DNA of 64,000 nucleotides, taken from contig OZ223475.1 of NCBI GenBank assembly GCA_965140785.1, positions 192,001 through 256,000 of the forward strand. The letters are read 5' to 3'. Origin of the DNA: an uncultured Ruficoccus sp. (GTDB taxonomy: Bacteria > Verrucomicrobiota > Verrucomicrobiia > Opitutales > Cerasicoccaceae). The notes beneath the pieces are model-generated. The model ran no database searches. It saw only the letters and a program-made list of their open reading frames with translations, and was not told the DNA's origin. The translations under genes and the position numbers were made by a program. Position 1 is the first letter of the stretch. Each line of letters starts with the position of its first letter. Of the stretch, positions 59,570 through 64,000 are shown in pieces.

Positions 59570-62055
59570 TTAAGGCTGAGCTGGCACGTCGGCGGGCGTG
59601 TCTGCCGGCGGCTGGAAGCGGTTCGCCAGCTCAGGAACCTCCGACTGCAGGAGGGTGAGTACCCAACGGGCAATGACGACACTGCCGGCAGTCGAGAAGT
59701 GTGTGCGGTCTTCGACCTTCTCGGTCGGGCTGAAGACGAGGCTCTCCTCGGCGGTCATTTCGGAGAATTTATCGTAACTGCACTGATGCAGGTCCAGGCA
59801 GGGGACCTGCATCTCCTCCGCGACGATGCGGACCGACTCGGCATAGGGCTCGAGGCTGTCCGAGAGGGTGCCGTCCGAGTGGTAGGTGCGGCGGCAGACC
59901 GGAGTGATCAGGATGGGCTGCGCGCCCTGCTCGCGGGCCTCCTGTACGTAGCGCCTCAGGTGGTCGCGGTAGTCGGTTTCTGCTGCGCTCTCACGCTCGG
60001 GGCCTTTGCCCTTCTGGTCGTTGTGTCCGAACTGGATGAGCACCCAGTCCGGATTCAGTTCCATGGCCTTGTCCCAACGGCCCTCGCTGCGAAAGCTGCG
60101 CGAGCTGCGGCCGCCCACGGCGGTGTTCTCAACCCGGATGCCGGGGCCGGTCCAATGCTCAAGCGCCCAGCCCCAACCGGCCTGGTCTTTCTTGTCGCTC
60201 TTACCGGTCACGGTCGAGTCTCCGACCAGGGCGACGAGCGTCTGGCCGGTCTCGCGAACGCCGGCTGTGTTCAGGTCGAAGCGGGGAATCTGTGGCATGG
60301 GCTGTCCGTATTGAAGGGCGCCCGCATCGGGCGTGATGTCGTTGAAGTAACCGGGCTCGCATCCGGGAAGCTCCTCGTCGCTGAGCAGCATGGGGTCCAC
60401 TCCGCGGTTGCGGGCGGGACTGTCCACGCGCAGGGCCAAGTCGTAGTGGTCAGGATCGACGAAGCCCGCGGGCCCGTAGCCGACCCAGGTGCTGTTGGTC
60501 TCGCGTCCGGCCTCGGCGGCCTGCGCCATGCTCTGCTGCCAGGCCTCGGCGATCGAGCGTTCGGAGTCGTTGTCCCGTTCATCGTCCCAGGGCCGGGGGA
60601 AGTCCGGAGTCGCGAGGATGAATACATTTCCGTCGGTCTTCCAGTCGGGGAGGGGGAGCGGGTCTGAGGAGTGCACCCAGCGGCGGCACCAGAACAGGTT
60701 GTTAAAGTAGTGGTAGTTGGGCGTGGTCAGCGTCATGGCGAGATGGTGGTAGTTCCTGTTCACGGCCGTGTCGGAGGTGCTGGTGTTGTGGTAGACCCAG
60801 ACCTCGACATCGGGGTAAAACTGTTCGCCCTGTCCCCAGTTGCGCAGGGTCCTCCTTACTGTCGAGGAAGATGTTGCGGTAGATATACAGGGGCCCCTGC
60901 TGGGGGGCCTTGATGCGGAAGGCGCAGCGGGCGCGGATGACAATATTGTCGTGCCACTGGCCATTCACGCTGGGGCCCATCGTCTCCATGCCGTCGTCGT
61001 TCAGGTGGCGAATGAGATTGTGGTGAACCTTCAGGTCGGGGTTGGCGTCGGGGTGGGTGCCCTCCCAAGGCGGGTTGCCCACGTCGTCGATGCCATCCCA
61101 GTGGTCGTGAATGTAATTGTCGTGAATGTCGTGGCCGCCCTGGGTGTTCTTGATGGCGATGCCGACGCGGTCGTAGAAGCCGCCTACTTTCATGGCCTGC
61201 CAGTTGTCCCACGAGCCGCGGTACCAGGTGTCGGAACCGGCGTAGGGGCTGAGGCTGATGCGGTTAAAGCGCAGCTCGGCGTTCCGGGCTCCATGGTCGA
61301 GGACGATCCCGTAATCGGCCGGATCGATCACGCACCGCTCAACCATACTGTTGGCCGAGCCCTGAACAAGCACGCCAATGGCAGAGTTGCGCAACGTGAG
61401 ATTTCGCACCACGGTGAAGTCCTGGCCGTTGGTGTCCACGACCGGTTCCCGCGGGGCCACGGTCATGGTCATGTTTCGCGGGTCCAACTGGTCCTTGAAG
61501 CGTACGAGCAGCTCCTTCTCGTGTTGACGGTACATGGCCAGCGCCTTGACGCCGTTCCAGCCGGTGGAGCCGACGCCGTTGACAAAAGCGTCCTTCCACA
61601 AGATCGCGGGCATGCCTTGCTTGGGGGCGGGAGTGTCTGCCGACCCGGTGCGTTTTTCGTCCAGTGTGGTCAGTGTTTGGCCGTTCGCGGTGACTGTGAA
61701 GGGGAAGAAGTCCAGCGGGGCGCGGTAAACGCCCGGCCCGATATCGGGCGCCGGTTCCCAGGCCAAGTCAACGGGTGTGCTGCCGTCAATGATGACGCTG
61801 GGTCCGGCACCCTCCAGGACCACGGGCTGCTCCTCTGTGCCGTTGTGCTGAAATTTAACCCGCTCGCGATACACGCCGGGCTGATCCGGACGGTGTCGCC
61901 CGGACCAGCTGCGTCCAGTGCCGCTTGGATCGACGGGTAGGCTGTGCCGTTGGGAGCTTCGCCGACCAGAGGTCGGCACCGTGTGTCGGGTGAAGGCTGA
62001 GTGCCAAGATTGCGCTAGTCAGGAGGGAAAGGGTATGTTCGCGAAATAAAATCAT
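59570..62055 (-). CDS. Secreted beta-helix protein fused to an SGNH rhamnogalacturonan-acetylesterase-like (CE12) domain; three single-base frameshifts
   Basis: Reconstructed from three frames: signal, YPSIQAALDAAGPGDTV, PGVYRE, beta-helix, GPLYIYRN, then GDSTV, GGRSSRSF, QFGHND and DRTH. Indels near 61966, 61880 and 60848. Confidence 0.75.
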
Positions 62056-62198
62056 TGAGATATTATATTAACGGTATAAAATATAGAGGCAACGATGAGG
62101 CGTGACTATGCTTTTTATGCTTAAATAAATGCCTTGAGCGGCATTCGGGGTAGAAGAAGTGTACTGCCGTCCTAAGAACTTTTGCTGTGTTTTTATTT

Positions 62199-62208
62199 TT
62201 AACGTTAA
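62199..62208. promoter_or_regulatory. Putative LacI operator TTAACGTTAA
   Basis: Perfect palindrome in the AT-rich region upstream of the 62055-56848 minus-strand operon. Confidence 0.55.
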
Positions 62209-62429
62209 TTAATTTGATATTATATCGTTATCTTTTGCAACCTAAAATTGCATGGGTTTCTATTTTTTTTGATAAAAGTTGGATAGGGAATGCTGAATGA
62301 ATTTACATGTATCGTCGTCCCGGGCGGGTCAGGAATGGGATTTTGGGTTGACTGAAAACGAGACCGCCTTCGGACTCATTCAAGTCGTTCGGTGGCCCAA
62401 AGCGTCCACTCTTCAAGCTTTTCTCGTCT

Positions 62430-62580
62430 CAGGACCGCAAAATGGAGTGAGGCGACCACGTTTTTTCGTACCAGCGCAAAGAGATACTGGTGGGAGAGGG
62501 TTTTGATGTGTTTGGACTTCAGGTAATCCTTGGTCTCCGCAGTGGTAAACTACGGCCCGTTATTGGAACGGATGTGATTG
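62430..62580 (-). mobile_element. Degraded IS3-family integrase fragment
   Basis: Minus strand reads HIRSNNGP*FTTAETKDYLKSKHIKTL, resembling the IS3 'IRSDNGPEF' DDE motif. Confidence 0.55.
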
Positions 62581-62691
62581 GTAACACCATGGTAATCAAG
62601 CTTTCAGCTTAGAGCCATTCCGATCTCCGTCTTTGTCGTGCTGCTGCGCAGGCCACGGCGTCAAAGATTAGGGGCTTGACTTATTGGCATT

Positions 62692-62711
62692 TTGCGTAAA
62701 TGTTTACGCAA
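62692..62711. promoter_or_regulatory. Palindromic operator TTGCGTAAA-TG-TTTACGCAA
   Basis: Perfect 9-bp inverted repeat just downstream of TTGACT (62676) and upstream of the next gene; LacI-like. Confidence 0.6.
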
Positions 62712-62757
62712 CCTATTTGGGAGGCGAACCTTAATCGCTAACTAATGCATTGATATT

Positions 62758-64000
62758 ATGAAATTATTTTTCATGGCCTGTGGATTTGGGTTTGTTGGTG
62801 GTTGCTCAATGGCGCGTTTTATGCCGCGGATGCGTGTTGGGTTGCTTGGCCTTGTCGGGCTGGTGCTCGGCGTTTCCTGCTCAATGGGCGCAGTGAGTGT
62901 CTCTGAGATGGAAGATGGGCGGTTGCAGATTGTCATCACGGCTCCCGGGGTTGATGCCGCGCACACGCGTGTGATGATGGATATAGATGAAAACCTCGGC
63001 ACGGGTTATGGAGACGAGGGGGCGGACCTCATGATCGAAGGGGCGACGCTTTATCAATATCCGGCCGGGGCATCGGGGTGGAGTTGGAATTCGCTGGGTC
63101 CTGTCTCCAATAGCACCGAGAACGACCAGCTCACCTATACGCTTAGCGTGTCTCCTGAAGCGCGGATTTTACGGGTCTATGTGGAGAATTTTGACGATAA
63201 CTGGGAGGTGACGGGACGTTATCCCGCCGAAGGAGCAATTTCCGTGGATATGACCACGGTCCCAAAGGCCCAGTCTGAAGGAGGCCAGGACGAAGGTACC
63301 CTGAGCGGAAAGCTTTACCGCACACCCTCCGGGGGGCTGGCGGTTGTTGTTTTGGGGCAGAATCTCGACCCCGGCCGCCTTCGCGTTTTCATCAATACGG
63401 ATGAGAGCGCCACGACAGGCATGGCGCCGTTTGGTGCCGACTATCTGATCGAAGGGTTAGTGCTGTATCAGTATTCGGGATCCGGCACGGACTGGAGCTG
63501 GACGCCTCTTCGCCAGCTTACGCCCGAGACTCGGGAGGGGGGGATTCTCTACCCGGTCGAAGGCTTGAATGACGGAAATACCATCGAGTATTTGATCGAG
63601 AAAACGAATACGGACTGGGAAGTTATCGACCGCTTCCCGCAGGAGGGGACGAGGAAAATAAAAAGGTCCGATCTGAACGAATATTCTTACCAAGGGCCCG
63701 ATCGACAAGTCGGGCCTAAAAATTATCACATGGAAGAGCTTCGGACGTTTTGTGCCGCCCTCGTTGAATGTCGGATTCGATGAGCGCATGGCAAAGATGG
63801 ACTGGCAGGAGGTTCCGCTGACTCAGGCGCAGTGGGAGGCGGACGGGTTTTCCGAGCCCTTGCCCCTGGTCTTCAATCTTCAGGACGCGGAGACGGAGGA
63901 GGTCTTTGTCCTCGAACCCGATCAACTCCTTACGTCGGGCGAATGGACCCAGTGGATGGGGGAGGCCGACGGCGTGCGGTGGCGGGTGATCGGTCACGAG
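62758..64000 (+). CDS. Secreted protein with tandem repeated domain; frameshift near 63750, continues beyond the window
   Basis: Two copies of (I)xxDxxxxTG...GADxxIEG..LYQY...WSW. Removing one T from the T run near 63750 gives an open frame (RTFVPPSLNVGF...) to the window end. Confidence 0.6.

Noticed and set aside
60840..63760. Four frameshifts (near 60848, 61880, 61966, 63750) as programmed frameshifting or phase variation
   Set aside because: All are single-base indels in very short homopolymers, clustered in 3 kb, in otherwise undegraded genes. Sequencing or assembly error is more likely; raw reads would decide.
1..64000. CRISPR array, rRNA, tRNA, reverse transcriptase or defence systems
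   Set aside because: No regularly spaced repeats, RNA-gene signatures or corresponding protein motifs were seen by eye.

Overview
Bacterial window, most likely Verrucomicrobiota/Opitutia (inferred from PEP-CTERM proteins, H-X9-DG prepilin-like proteins and a giant PilX-like protein). It is dominated by carbohydrate-use loci. (1) 1-24.2 kb: a co-oriented sugar-catabolic cluster (multidomain GH13, GH42, PfkB kinase, IolB, FGGY kinase, FAD oxidoreductase plus CCG Fe-S partner, class II aldolase, fucose/arabinose-isomerase-like, GH4, PMI-like, ROK, ADP-ribosylglycohydrolase-like, two dehydrogenases). (2) 25.2-37.8 kb and 50.2-62.1 kb: two parallel modules, each with a GPH/MFS transporter, LacI, Gfo/Idh/MocA, beta-helix protein, acetylesterase, PEP-CTERM and pilin-like proteins, but no TonB/SusCD, and each with its own palindromic operator family. 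(3) 38.2-44.4 kb: an rrf2-yezD-porin-sbp-cysTWA sulfate-uptake operon bracketed by a ~125-bp direct repeat and integrase remnants. (4) IS debris in which related 38-49 nt structured 'TACCGA' inserts interrupt two unrelated transposase genes. Several genes have collapsed into head-to-tail fusions through internal deletions. Five single-base homopolymer frameshifts may be sequencing errors. No rRNA, tRNA or CRISPR array was seen. All family calls come from motif recognition by eye, not database searches.
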